From Schmidtea polychroa (lineage: Eukaryota): 64,000 nt of DNA. Position 1 is the first letter of the stretch. Each line of letters opens with the position of its first letter. The DNA is taken from the NCBI GenBank assembly GCA_044892525.1, contig CM097885.1, positions 219,418,001-219,482,000 on the forward strand, read 5' to 3'. A program made the position numbers and the translations under genes. Of this stretch, positions 22,795 through 34,375 are shown one piece after another. The notes under the pieces are model-generated. The model did no database searches and had not been told where the DNA came from. It saw only the letters and a list, made by a program, of their open reading frames with translations.

Positions 22795-23328
22795 TCGATA
22801 CATTTAGTTTACTTTTTATCCAAAGTTAATGTTCTAAATGAAAAACTTCAATAAATTTAAATTATTGATATTTTATTTTCAAGACCCTACGATCGAACCT
22901 TAATCACAACATAACTTTATAATACAACAACTTTTACGATCAAAAGAGTGCTTTACTACTAGGCAGGGTAGTAACTTTTCTTTGCCACATTCTCATTCAT
23001 AATAATAATAATATCGAAAAAACGATGGGCTATTTTTAATAAAAACACTAAACGAAATATATTTCAAGGAAATTATTGTTATTATCAGTCTTTCATAATA
23101 TTAATTAAAAATCTTAAATTTTATACCATTTCCAAGTCATTAAAACACTTTTCCAAATCATTAAAACATTTTTAAATAAATTTAAACACTTTTAAAAATC
23201 TTTAAAAAAAATTAAATCACCAGGATTATATTTTAAAATTTCGATACATTTAGTTTATATTTTATTCAAAGTTAATGTTCTAAATAAAAAACTTCAATAA
23301 ATTTAAATTATTTATATTTTATTTTCAA
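22795..23328. repeat. Diverged 88-bp direct repeat (22795-22882, 23241-23328)
   Basis: TCGATACATTTAGTTTA..TTTTAT.CAAAGTTAATGTTCTAAAT.AAAAACTTCAATAAATTTAAATTATT.ATATTTTATTTTCAA is present at both sites. Confidence 0.8.
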
Positions 23329-23829
23329 ATTCTTTAATAATAATTGTTTTCATTAACAAAAATGAATGAATCAAATAATGAGAATTTAGAAGACAATATT
23401 TATGAAGATGACATCGGAATACCTCGTGAAACATCAGACCTGACAAATCCAAATGAAATTTCACAAAAAAAGACGCATATCATTAGAAATAAAGAATTTG
23501 TTGGTACAAAATGTTTTTGTAAACTGTTTGGAAATGACTTCTGCTGCTCGATGTTTAGGAATATCGAAAAGAACTGCTGTTTAAATGTCAAACGGAACAT
23601 GTTGGCTCTGATAAACTCGCTCTTGTATTGAGCATCATCTTCTTTCGAAGCATCAGCTAAAAGCCTTTGACTTGATTCCTCGTATAGTAATAATTCATGT
23701 TCGGGGATAACGGCAAGCATAAAGACCAATTTATAGTGTCCAAATTTCCATGCGTCTGTTCCAGTTTTATTGTTCGAATATATAGAAATTCATATTTGGA
23801 TAATGGATCAACTATCCGCTTAAAGTCAA

Positions 23830-24035
23830 TCATTTATGAACCTTCAACTGATTTGAATTTATTCAACTTCATTTGATCAAGATTTAATTTTCATACGATT
23901 ACATAATCACATAAATCCACACTTCCAAGGAATGAGTTAGTTTCGTTGATTAATTTCGTTATTGATTCTGAATGTCCATATAATATATCACTCTGTTTGC
24001 CATCTTCTAAACTCCATACAATCATAATATCCTTT
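23830..24035 (-). pseudogene. WD40-repeat-like gene fragment with internal stop
   Basis: MVKDIMIVWSLEDGKQSDILYGHSESITKL..TNSFLGSVDLCDYVIV*KLN shows a W..GH..I...S.D..V.VW WD40 pattern, with TGA where W is expected. Confidence 0.45.
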
Positions 24036-24299
24036 ACCATTTTGAAATTAATAAACGAATTTTTAAAACCTTTGTATTTTCAAAATAATCACAAAACCTA
24101 CCAAATTTAAACCACTGATATAAATCCAAAAAAATAAAACTTGACATAAATCCAAAAATTGAAAAACTCAAATCCAAAACAGTGATAACAACTCGACAAT
24201 TGTTCGCGTCTGTGCGCGCACACAAATTAATCCAATGTCAAAGTAAAAAACGCACACAGGCGCGAGACATAAACTGATAATTCAACAACTGCCAACACA

Positions 24300-24908
24300 A
24301 TAATTAGAAATTATAAACGCAACAACTGAATAGGCGTGGTGGTGGTGCTCGCAAAAATATTCTAATAGAAGCTGTTCTGAAGCAGTTATATATGATTGTT
24401 ACACAGAATCCAGATGCGCTACGCTTTTTCAATTAAAAGAAATGTTAAATGTTTCCGGTTTCCCTATGGGTAAACAACAGTGGCGAATGGACTTATAAAA
24501 TTGGGAATAACTCTTAAAAGAGCGCGTAAAGAGCTTGATAGAGTAAATTGCGCAAATTCTATCCAACTCCGCCGCGAATATTCAGTTTTTTCTCCTTTGG
24601 ACAGAAAAAAGTGTATTTTTGTGGATGAGTGTGGTTTCAAATTGCATCTTCACCGTTCTATGGCAAGATCACAAAAGGGAAGCAGGTCAAAATTAATTGT
24701 TCCGACTGCGAGAGGAAGAAACATGTTGCATTCAATGATAGTAGATGACGGTACATGTACCGGTGTAAAATTTGAGCGCTTTATTAAAGAACTGGTAGTA
24801 ATAATGAACCGAAGAGAAGACCTGTGTGTATCAATGATTATTATGGATAACGCCCGAATACACATAGGCAGAGAAATCAACGCAATTTTAGATGGTATTT
24901 TTAGATGA
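24300..24908 (+). pseudogene. Degenerate Tc1/IS630-like transposase, 3'-truncated
   Basis: RGGARK, LGITLKR, CIFVDECGFKLH, IIMDNARIH; frameshifted in the HTH region; the third catalytic residue is missing. Confidence 0.85.
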
Positions 24909-24971
24909 TATAAAAACTTTAATAATAAGTGGAAAAAAATTAACATTCAATCAGAAACGAATTTATTGATA

Positions 24972-24972
<1 letters not shown>

Positions 24973-25035
<63 letters not shown>
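24973..25035. repeat. (ATT)21 microsatellite
   Basis: Read directly from the sequence. Confidence 0.98.
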
Positions 25036-25041
<6 letters not shown>

Positions 25042-25569
25042 TTTGAAATTATTTCAGTTAAATAATATTTTTATTAGAAACACGAAATATCTATTCAATT
25101 TTAACATAAATATTTCCATAAAAGTTGTCATGATGTTAAGCAATAAATCAGTTTAAACAAAATTTGGGATTTTTCACATATTAAATAAATATTTTTTTTT
25201 ATAAATTTCACTATAAATGTAATTTAGACATTCTACCTATCTGTTCGCTCGACAGTGGAAAATCCTCATAAAGTATTTATATTCATTTAATTATTTTAAT
25301 ATTTATTTTAGTAAAGATTTAATCATTTTAAGTAATACATATTTAAACTACTATAACTTTTTTTGATAATGCATTCAACTCTCGAATAACGCGGTTAATT
25401 GGTTCCTTGTTATTCACAAATTAGGCTTCGCAATTTGTGTGTGTTTATGGATTAGTAAAAAGTTTCATTGATGACTAGGTATAAAATCTTTTGATTTTCT
25501 AATTTTAGTTCACAATTATTTTAAACATTTTAAAAATTTCAAATTTTTCAAAAGAATATTTTTGTTTCG

Positions 25570-25613
25570 CGGCCCGCTGGAAAGGGCCACTGAACACGGC
25601 TTAAGAACCGCTG
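25570..25613. mobile_element. Orphan Charlie/Buster-type hAT right end
   Basis: GCGGCCCGC...GGCTTAAGAACCGCTG; the reverse complement CAGCGGTTCTTAA resembles Charlie-type TIRs. No partner end found. Confidence 0.4.
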
Positions 25614-25859
25614 TTATAGAGTTTAATTGAACTATTAAATTGAAATATTAAACGGCATTATATACCTGGTTTTTAAATGAACGACTAAAATCGAACTCCA
25701 TTAAAAATAAAACCAAAATATTGTTAAGTTTTTAGTCAAGCAAATATTAAAATCGGTAATTCCTGACTCCACGTGTTCTATAAAAAGAAATCAACTGAGC
25801 GAACAATATCCAACGTATATGTTTATATTCAAATTGTAACATTCAAGTTTTTACAGTGA

Positions 25860-26300
25860 GAAATAACACCCAGTATGACCGGTTGTGTGCACTTTACAAC
25901 AATAATTACCTTGGCTATCTGATTCCGATTCGATTATATACGATCTATAAATTGCCTTGGCTTTGTCTGTTTCTATTTCCGACAATTAACCTATTTTCTA
26001 AAATCCTATTCTCAGTTTCCTCGTCCCTACCTGAGGTAAAATACCGATTGTTTCTAAGTTTGAGTTTCTTTATATAGTTAAAATAATCATTGATTAATCG
26101 AGTTTCAACTAAGTCATCACAATTTGACAACATTTACCCCATGGCCATTTTTATTTTCTCATCGTTGAAGGAAATATATAATTATCCCACCGTGCGTCTC
26201 CCTTGTGATAATCTTTTTTGCCATTTTCCCATTACTCATACTGCATCAACATCAACTTTGTTTACCTTTCTTTCTGTTTACTTAGCTTCAGGTTTCCTTA
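25860..26300 (-). pseudogene. Possible decayed Gypsy pol (RNase H/integrase junction)
   Basis: Fragments resembling GK.N..ADAL.R and KVHTTGHTG (integrase H..GH.G), heavily disrupted. Confidence 0.3.
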
Positions 26301-26785
26301 ATTAATTTACGATTTTCTGTTTTTGTACGTTTTCTTACCTTTCGACCCTTTCTGAACATATCCTGATGAATCCATTCTCGCCATGATCTTTCCCATCATC
26401 TTATCTGCATCTGACTCGTTTTTAAAATTTTAATTCGATGATTTGTTGATATCTTATGATTTCGAATTTTCCACATTCTTTTTTTAATTAAATGGAAATT
26501 ATAATAATTATAAATTTAAAAACACCAACAATATTAAAAGATATCAAATTTATTCTTCTCTTAACATTGATGTGCAATTTTTCGCTAGTCCTCATTCACT
26601 AGAGAATTTTAAGAAGAGACAAAATTCACTTGTTAAGAATTTGTGTGAAAAAGTTATCTGTGAAACATACGAAATTTTCAAAATTCTCAATAACGAAATC
26701 AGTTCTTATAAGATTCCAACGGTTAGAATTTCCAACACAAGTAACATTTTTGTAATCAAATATTTTAGAAACTGAAGTATACTAA

Positions 26786-26993
26786 CCCATTAACGTCCAA
26801 AAGGAAATATTTACAAACAAACTGACATTAATGACGGTTATCATTGCGTTGTCACCATATTGAATTTTTTCGTAGACTACTTGTGCTATCTATTGTTGAA
26901 ATTGGTCACTACTTCCAGGATAATCATTATAGAAAAACATGAAATCACGCCTTTAACAAGTGTACCCATTTGAGTACAGTGGGAGGTAATGGG
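26786..26993. mobile_element. piggyBac-like MITE, 208 bp
   Basis: TIRs CCCATTAACGTCCA and CCCATTACCTCCCA (11/14); both flanks read CTAA. Confidence 0.55.
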
Positions 26994-27749
26994 CTAAATG
27001 AATGAATTTAAAATAATTTTTAGTTGACTTCACCAATTTTATAATTAAAGCTTTTCACTTTAACTCTGATTATGAATTTATTTTCAATAAAAATGAATAA
27101 TTAATGAAAGATATTTTAAAGGATAGAACAAACTATTTGTCAAGTCCCCCATTCCTCATGCCACTTCTGTACGAAACCTATTATTTTCTTACAAATATAC
27201 ATAATTGGTTGCTAAAATCAAAGAAAAACATCATTTTACTGAAAGGCAAAGAAAATGCATATCATTTATTAGAAGCAATTGTTCGATTCCTTATTGTCAC
27301 TGATGAAACAAATGAAAGGTAAATCTGTTAAAGTTATCAAACTAAATTATAATAAAGTTTTTAATTGTTAGATATTTTTCTAAGAGTAATTAATCTTTTT
27401 GTAAATATTATAGATGAAAAATTTTAGGTTTTAAGAGATAGTCCAGTAGTTGTATTCTGCCCGGGAGAAAAATTAGTAAAAACTGAAAATACATTCTCCC
27501 GTCATTGTTCATTATTATTTTATGTGTTTGAATCGAAACTCTTAAAATGTTTTGTTAACTTCTTATCAGCAACTGAAAATTTATATGTAATTATTATATA
27601 ATTATTGTAATATAAATGCGCTAAATGTATTTACTTTAGTTCTAAGTTTAAGCTCACTAAGAAAAAATATCTTTCTCTTTAAATTTATTTATACATTATT
27701 TATACCTTTCAAACTGTTTGAAGTTTGTATCTATATATTAAATTAAAAT

Positions 27750-28054
27750 ATTATGTAATACTATTGGTAAAATCTTAAAACTTTACAATATTTTTCTATT
27801 CTATTTTTTTGCTGGAAAAATTTAATTATTGTATTGCTATCGAAATTAAGTTTTTACAAAGTTCCAAGTCAATTTAATTTGTGAAAATGGATAGAATAGA
27901 AAAAAAAATATGTAAATTATGTAATACTATTGGTAAAATCTTAAAACTTTACAATATTTTTCTATTCTATTTTTTTGCTGGAAAAATTTAATTATTGTAT
28001 TGCTATCGAAATTAAGTTTTTACAAAGTTCCAAGTCAATTTAATTTGTGAAAAT
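27750..28054. repeat. Identical 139-bp duplication (27750-27888, 27916-28054), 27-bp spacer
   Basis: Manual comparison shows no differences. Confidence 0.95.
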
Positions 28055-29079
28055 AGATCACAATTAAATTACAAAATGTGATATTAACTAACAAATAAAT
28101 GAAATTAAAAAAGTTTATAATAATATAATAAATTTGCACGAAAAAAACTTTTCCAAATGTACACCATAATTTGGGACAGGGGTAAAACTGATAAATTAGT
28201 TATTTTAATTAAAAGACACAATAATGCACGATTTATATTTAATTCTTGTCTAGATTGAAATTATACAAAATTTCAAAATAAAAGAAATAAGTGGTTAATT
28301 TTGTTAGATTTTTTTACTTAGTTTTGTGATTATTCTACAGGTAAAATCGAATAGAAAAAATTAAGAACTTTTGATATAGTCAAAACTTAGTTTTTAAATA
28401 AATTTAAATTAAAATTTTTTTATTCACATTTGATTAGACTAATAGTTTGATATTTATTCTACCAAATCGAAAATGTCATGAAACAGTGAATAACCCATCC
28501 AGGGTCCGAAAATAGATAATATTTTCAAGATTAGACTGGATTATTGGAGTTATATGCATCAGAATGTGGTGTAGAAACCTTGAAGACTTATAAAATAATA
28601 TCTTTTCGAATTATCTATCAAAGTGACGGATTAAAATTTATTATTTTATTTAATATCTAGAAATTAAGAACAAAAAATTAACAAATAATTGACTGTTAGA
28701 TAAATAGGTATTCAAAAATAAATGCTAATAGTTCGTTTAATTCATGAAATTTATTTATCAGATATTAGAGACAGGAAATTATACAGAATATTTTGGGAAA
28801 CCGTTGCAATATAGATAAGTCAAATACAAATGATAATATTTATTAGAATTCTCATCCGTTAAAATATTTATATCTGTTTGCAAATCACTAAATAATTCCA
28901 TAAATTTTATTTAATAAATTATACACTCAAAACTTATCTTTCCTTTTGTTTCTTATTTAAACAAATTTCAATCTTCTTTTTAAAATATTTTTCGATAAAA
29001 AGATTTTTAAAATTTAACAAAATTTCTAATTAAAACTTTTAGAATTTTTCATCTTCCTCTTATCCCCTACTTAAGAAAT

Positions 29080-30050
29080 TTTTTAAGTTTTTCCACGTTT
29101 CTTTCAATCCTTTACTCGTTTCTTAAGATATATCGTCTGTCATACACTTTCTCGATCACTTTATATGGTCCCTCATATCTGTCCTGGCCTTTGTTGCGTG
29201 TTTCTTGTTTGTTCTTCTTTTTCTTCCTTTGCATGTTTTTCTTTTGACCTGTACCATTTCCCCTGCTAATCTATTTTCCAAACAATATCTTTGGAGGGCG
29301 TCGTTTTATGTTTGGTTGCATTTAATGTAAATTCGACTTTTGGTAGTATCTCTGGCCAATCCGTCTTCCTTCTGTCCCGAAAAGTAGCATTTATATCAGC
29401 TCTCGTATTGTCCTGAATTGCCTTTCTATATGTCCATTTGTTTGGTGATGGTATGGACTCGAAAAATATAACTTAATATCAAGTTTCTTTGTGAATTCTC
29501 TCATCATTTAAACGCCTTCCCACAATCAACTCTTATCTCCCTTGGGCATCCAAATCTTAAAATCCATTTTTCTAAAATCGTTTTCTTTATTGGTTCCTCG
29601 TCTTGTCTTGTTATAGCTCTCAAGACTTGATACTGTCTATTATACCCAATTTATACTTCTTACGTCCTTTTGTTTCTTGAATTGGTCCACATAATTCCAC
29701 TAATCTAATTTCGAACATTTCGACTGATTCTAGTTTTTTTATTGGTTCCTTCGTTGTATTTGTTATAGCCTTAGTTTTTTGACAAGTCTCACAACTTCGA
29801 ATAATTTCCTGAATCTGACTCTACAGGTTTTTCCCAATATATCTGTCTTTCATATAATCGGCTATCTTCTCGACTCCAGCATGACACATTAGTCTATGGA
29901 TTTCTTTTCTGGTATCATCGTTTTCTTTCGTAATTCTTCTTCCAAATTTCCTTGTTGATTGGTGCTTCTACCTTCTTCTCTGATCGAGTCTAGTAATCTA
30001 GTTTTTATCTTTCCTTTCTTAGCTTCTTCGTGACCCATTTGCCATTGAAC
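29080..30050 (-). pseudogene. Degenerate Gypsy integrase
   Basis: HRLMCHAGVEK..IQEIIRSCETCQKTK (HHCC), NATKHKTTPSKILFG-like segment and RYEGPYKVIEK (GPY/F); multiple stops. Confidence 0.75.
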
Positions 30051-30449
30051 ACACATAATATTTATCATAGTATTTATGAATCAGTAAATATATCGATATA
30101 TTTTTTATATTCACGAATTTTCGGCACTACTTTTCAAGTGATTTTGATCAAAAAGGCTGTAAGGAATTAGTAAATCTCTATATAAAATTATTATGGTTAA
30201 ATGGTAGAAGTGAGATCAGTTAGTAGAAATAATTATTTCTGTTAAATTTTTATATTTAAATTCTATATTAAATTATATCATATTATATTAAATTATATTA
30301 AATTAAATCAATTAAATGTATGACCAGTAATTACATTAATACTAATAATTATCACGCCTCGGTGTTTAAATACTCTAGTAAACGGCACAATTTTGAAGTT
30401 GTTATAAAAATAAATGCTTGAAGAAGACTTGAATTTAATTGCGTCTAAC

Positions 30450-31436
30450 ATGGCGACCACGACCACGGATCTATTAATAAGCAGACTATTACCTGAGAAA
30501 TTTCACAAAGGCGATGATTTGGAAAATTTTATCAAGGATTGTCAAAGGTTTTTTGGCGCGACAAAAACAACAATTAGGATGCAAGTAATATTAACTACAA
30601 CATTACTTGACAGATCGGTAATGGAAGATTATGAAGCAGCCGAAGGAAAAACTATGGAAGAGAAACTTCGATATGCATTTTCGAAACCGACATCATTAAT
30701 GGATGATCTAAAAGAAGCTTTGAGTTATGAACAAGGATCAGATTCAGCCGAAACTTTTATAGAGAAAATTAAAAAGATGACAAAGAAATTAATAGCTCAC
30801 AAATGGGATGAAGAAGAAATAGAAAAATGCCTGCTTAAAAACTGTGTAAGAGATCGAGAAGTTAAAAAAGAGATCGAGATGAAAGATTTGAAAACATCAG
30901 AAGAAATAAAAGCGACAATAAAGAAATTAGAAAAGGTAAACAAAATTATGGGCCATATTAATGTTGTGAAGACTTTACCGGTTGTTCAAAACTACAGAAG
31001 CTACAGAGATGTTGCTGAAAGAGGAATGGTAAACGGAAATAATAATTTCAAGCAGCGAAACGTCAGTAACCGACAATTGGAATGCTGGACATGCAAGAAA
31101 ACTGGTCATGTTAGTCGAGAATGCCAAATGAAAAGGAAAATGACGTGTTTTGCATGCGGAGTTGAAGGCCACGTACGGCGAGAATGTTCAACGATTCAAT
31201 GCCAGAGATGTCACTTACGTGGACACAAGGAGATTGACTGCTATACAAATTTGGAAAGAAGGAAGTTTCAAACTAATTCAAACATGAGAAACAATAGTTA
31301 TTATGCCCATCGAACCACAAGCTATCAACAAAAGATCAACAATCCAGGAAGAACAATTGCAGCAATTGAAGCTAATGATGAGACGATGTCACTTGAGTAT
31401 TCAGATGATGCAGAAGATAAATATGAGGATATTTAG
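30450..31436 (+). CDS. Gypsy Gag with three CCHC zinc knuckles
   Basis: CWTCKKTGHVSREC, CFACGVEGHVRREC, CQRCHLRGHKEIDC. ATG at 30450 is the first ATG outside the LTR body; the track's start at 30414 lies in the LTR. Confidence 0.9.
   Translation: MATTTTDLLISRLLPEKFHKGDDLENFIKDCQRFFGATKTTIRMQVILTTTLLDRSVMEDYEAAEGKTMEEKLRYAFSKPTSLMDDLKEALSYEQGSDSAETFIEKIKKMTKKLIAHKWDEEEIEKCLLKNCVRDREVKKEIEMKDLKTSEEIKATIKKLEKVNKIMGHINVVKTLPVVQNYRSYRDVAERGMVNGNNNFKQRNVSNRQLECWTCKKTGHVSRECQMKRKMTCFACGVEGHVRRECSTIQCQRCHLRGHKEIDCYTNLERRKFQTNSNMRNNSYYAHRTTSYQQKINNPGRTIAAIEANDETMSLEYSDDAEDKYEDI
30451..30461 (+). promoter_or_regulatory. Primer binding site (TGGCGACCACG), possibly tRNA-Arg
   Basis: TGG immediately follows the LTR-terminal CA. 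The tRNA assignment is an inference from known Arg-type PBS sequences starting TGGCGACC. Confidence 0.6.
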
Positions 31437-32185
31437 CACCCAAAAGTACATGCTTCGACACGGGAGGCAATTATCGAAGCAATATACTAAGTAATTTTGA
31501 TATTGACGTAAATATTGGTCATAAAAATTTTAATAGAGTAAATAATCCTTATATATATAATAATGTAGAACCTTTATGTAATAAAATTTGTAATTTTAAA
31601 AAGTTTCCTTTAAATAATTTTAAATGTTATAGTTATTTTAATGCTGATCGATCTTTAATAAAAAATAATAATAATCCTAAGAATCAAGAAGAGTATAATG
31701 AAAAAAAAGAAAAAGTTTATAAATTTATTAAAAAGGCAGAAGATAAATTAGAGAGAAATGAAATTGGGTGGATTAATGAAATATCAGAGAAGCAAAATAT
31801 TTTCACTAAAGATGAATGGAAACGAACGATACTGAGTTATGACAAATTGCAAGGTAGACCGAGTACAACTCTTGAAATTCAGGACTATAGAATGGAATGC
31901 TTACTAGATACAGGAGCAAGAGTAAATGTAATGGCAGAAGCAGTTGTGGACAAATTAGTGAATGTGAAGATCATAAAAACAGATGAGATGTTAAGATATG
32001 CAAATGATAGTAAATTAGAGACAATCGGAAAAATAAATATTGATGTTAGAATTGGTAATATGGAAAGGAAAATAACATTTATAATAGTTAAAAATATTGT
32101 TCCAGATATAATAGGCGGAGTGGAATTGCAGAAAGAGTTTGGAATTAAATTGAACTACATCAAGCAAAATGAAGAAAGATATTGA
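31427..32185 (+). CDS. Retroviral-type aspartic protease frame (-1 relative to gag), truncated
   Basis: LLDTGARVNVM and IIGGVELQKEFGI. The frame is open from 31427 with no ATG before the protease domain. Confidence 0.85.
   Translation, partial: GYLAPKSTCFDTGGNYRSNILSNFDIDVNIGHKNFNRVNNPYIYNNVEPLCNKICNFKKFPLNNFKCYSYFNADRSLIKNNNNPKNQEEYNEKKEKVYKFIKKAEDKLERNEIGWINEISEKQNIFTKDEWKRTILSYDKLQGRPSTTLEIQDYRMECLLDTGARVNVMAEAVVDKLVNVKIIKTDEMLRYANDSKLETIGKINIDVRIGNMERKITFIIVKNIVPDIIGGVELQKEFGIKLNYIKQNEERY
31439..31481 (+). promoter_or_regulatory. -1 programmed ribosomal frameshift signal
   Basis: C CCA AAA heptamer in the gag frame, 5-nt spacer, then a perfect 8-bp stem TGCTTCGA/TCGAAGCA, inside the gag/pro overlap. 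Confidence 0.65.
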
Positions 32186-32281
32186 TATGAATTTGTATTA
32201 CATTAATATTACATTAATATTTATAATTATCACGCCTCGCTGTTTAAATACGTTAGTAAACGACTCAATTTTGAAGTTGTG

Positions 32282-33164
32282 TTGATCTAGAACCGAGAAT
32301 TGAGAGCTTGTTTTAATGAATCAAAAATATCTAACACAAAAAATCGCACAAAGTTAAATTAGAACACCAATCAATACAAATTAAGGTACATAACACATAG
32401 ATGATAAATAAGACCGGGTAATAAAATAAAGGAACGCAAAAAAGGTCGCGATCACTAACACAATTAGGAGAAATATCGCATTCGGAATATCTAACAACTA
32501 AAATAAAATAATAATAAATAAAATAATGGGTAATAAATTAATTAATAATATGAAAAATTTTTAAATAAATAAATTCAAAATTTAAAATAAAATATATAGA
32601 AAAATGGTAAAATGATAAAAAGTAAAATAAAAGTAGTAAAATTAGATAAATTATAAAATTCATAAAACCAAATTGTTTAAATCAATGAAACTAAAATAAA
32701 CTAAATAAATAAAATATGGAACGACAGTTATTGGCGGGGAAATAAATCATCGACAAGTAATATAGAAAACACATCATTATTTATGACAGAAACATAAGGG
32801 CGCATCCCTGCACAAAATTTTGAAAAAGAACAATAGAAAACATACAGAAATGAGGACCATTGCTGAATAAAATAGAAAAGTGGAAAGTAGAAATAGAAAA
32901 TGAATAATGACGTAAGACCTTCTATCGGCCGTCTAGGACCCGAAAAGAAAATACAGTGGGGAGTAGTTTTAGCAATAGAGCTCACCTGCTCATTGTTTTT
33001 CGCCTTTATGTACAGTACCAACATGGGCGTCGCCATGGGTACACAAATGGTTTAAAGTGCAATAGTCATGGAGGTGCTTAGGAAAGAGTCGAGTGAATAC
33101 CTATGATTACCAATACCCCTAGCGTATTTAAAATTTAAGATGACACACCCCTAAGTAACCAACC
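32282..33164. mobile_element. 883-bp insertion in the 3' LTR
   Basis: LTR sequence resumes exactly after a GTTGTT duplication (32276-32281, 33165-33170). No TIR or ORF was recognised. Confidence 0.65.
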
Positions 33165-33546
33165 GTTGTTATAAAAAATAAATGCTTGAAGAGGATTTGA
33201 ATTTAATTGCGTCTAACAGATAAAAAGAGCAAAATTTATTAAAATTCAAAATTAATAAAAAAAGTAATAAAATATCTTGTTCTTCAACAAATAGAGTTGT
33301 TGGGTTATATTTACAGGTTGTTATTCTTAAATTACCCTAGAAATCATCAATATATTTGGATGTTTCTTGTTTAAATTGATGCATTTTAAATTTTAACTGT
33401 GGACAGTCTTGTCACTATCTCTTCTGGATATGTAGCATTAACTCTTTAGTCTTCTAGCATTACAAACAGCTTGAATGAGTGATAATATTTCCAAACTAAA
33501 CAGGACTAAAGATTTATGACTTTATTATGTAAATTGAGATTATATA

Positions 33547-34375
33547 CACCAAACTCCTTTTTACACGGTAGATACGTTCCAACGAAAATCGTGTAAAAAA
33601 AGACATGTTAACCATAGTAAGATTGAGGATGTGTTCTACAATTATAGAAAACCGTGTAAAATAGAAAAAGGAACCATTAGTTGTTCTAAAAAACCATGCA
33701 AAAAAATAGTAAATCTTGAAACCATATTATATAAGTTTTAGAAAATATAATCCATACATGTTTTTATTAAAAATAGATAATAATGGTAATTTTAGTCCAT
33801 AAGTAAAAAACAAATAAAATTTTTGTTCATAAATACATATAAATTAAATTCAAATTGGAAATATAAGTCTTATTTAGCAACTAATATTTATTATCACTAC
33901 TTTATAATAAGCGTGCACGTTTATTATAGACTGGCTAAAATTGCTTTAATCACTTAGGTCTACCAAATCTGATATTGGTTTTCTTATGATAAAATCTGTT
34001 ATAGGCTGCTGGGTTTTTGCCTTTTTAACTTCATTATAAAGTTCTTGATAGCCAGCCATACAAACCTGTAAATTCTGTTGGAATTTTAATGCACGATCCA
34101 CGTTAGGATCATGAGTGAGAAAAAATTGTTCCATACTGGTACCAAATTTTAAGCCATCGCGAATTAAATCAGAAGTTAGTTGATGCATTTCAACTTCACC
34201 TTCGTCACTATGGTTCTCATCAATACCATTAACTGTTATAGCTTCAATCAAGTCCTCATCATCTAAAGGTTTTTCAAGCATCAACTCCGCAACTTGCATA
34301 TTTTCAAAGCCCTCACCACCAATTTCGCGTGAAAGCGTTACAATTTCAGAACACACAACTGCATTTTGTATTACA
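33547..34375 (-). mobile_element. Truncated Tigger/pogo element (transposase C-terminal tail, one terminus)
   Basis: TA-CACCAAACTCC..TAGATACGTTCC terminus related to 38351. ORF 33946-34356 (IGGEGFENM..GLKFG..FLTHDPNVDRALKFQ) is homologous to ORF 38657-39271. Confidence 0.75.

Larger units (their letters stand above)
30158..33218 (+). mobile_element. Internally deleted Gypsy LTR retrotransposon (gag + protease, no RT/RH/IN)
   Basis: 5' LTR ~30158(TGT)-30450(AACA). The 3' LTR survives as 32196-32281 plus 33165-33218 and matches the 5' LTR. The 5' LTR start is uncertain and no TSD was found. Confidence 0.85.

Noticed and set aside
30145-33225. Target-site duplication for the Gypsy element
   Set aside because: The flanks (AAGGC versus GATAA) do not match; the 5' LTR start may be misplaced or the LTRs may derive from different insertions.
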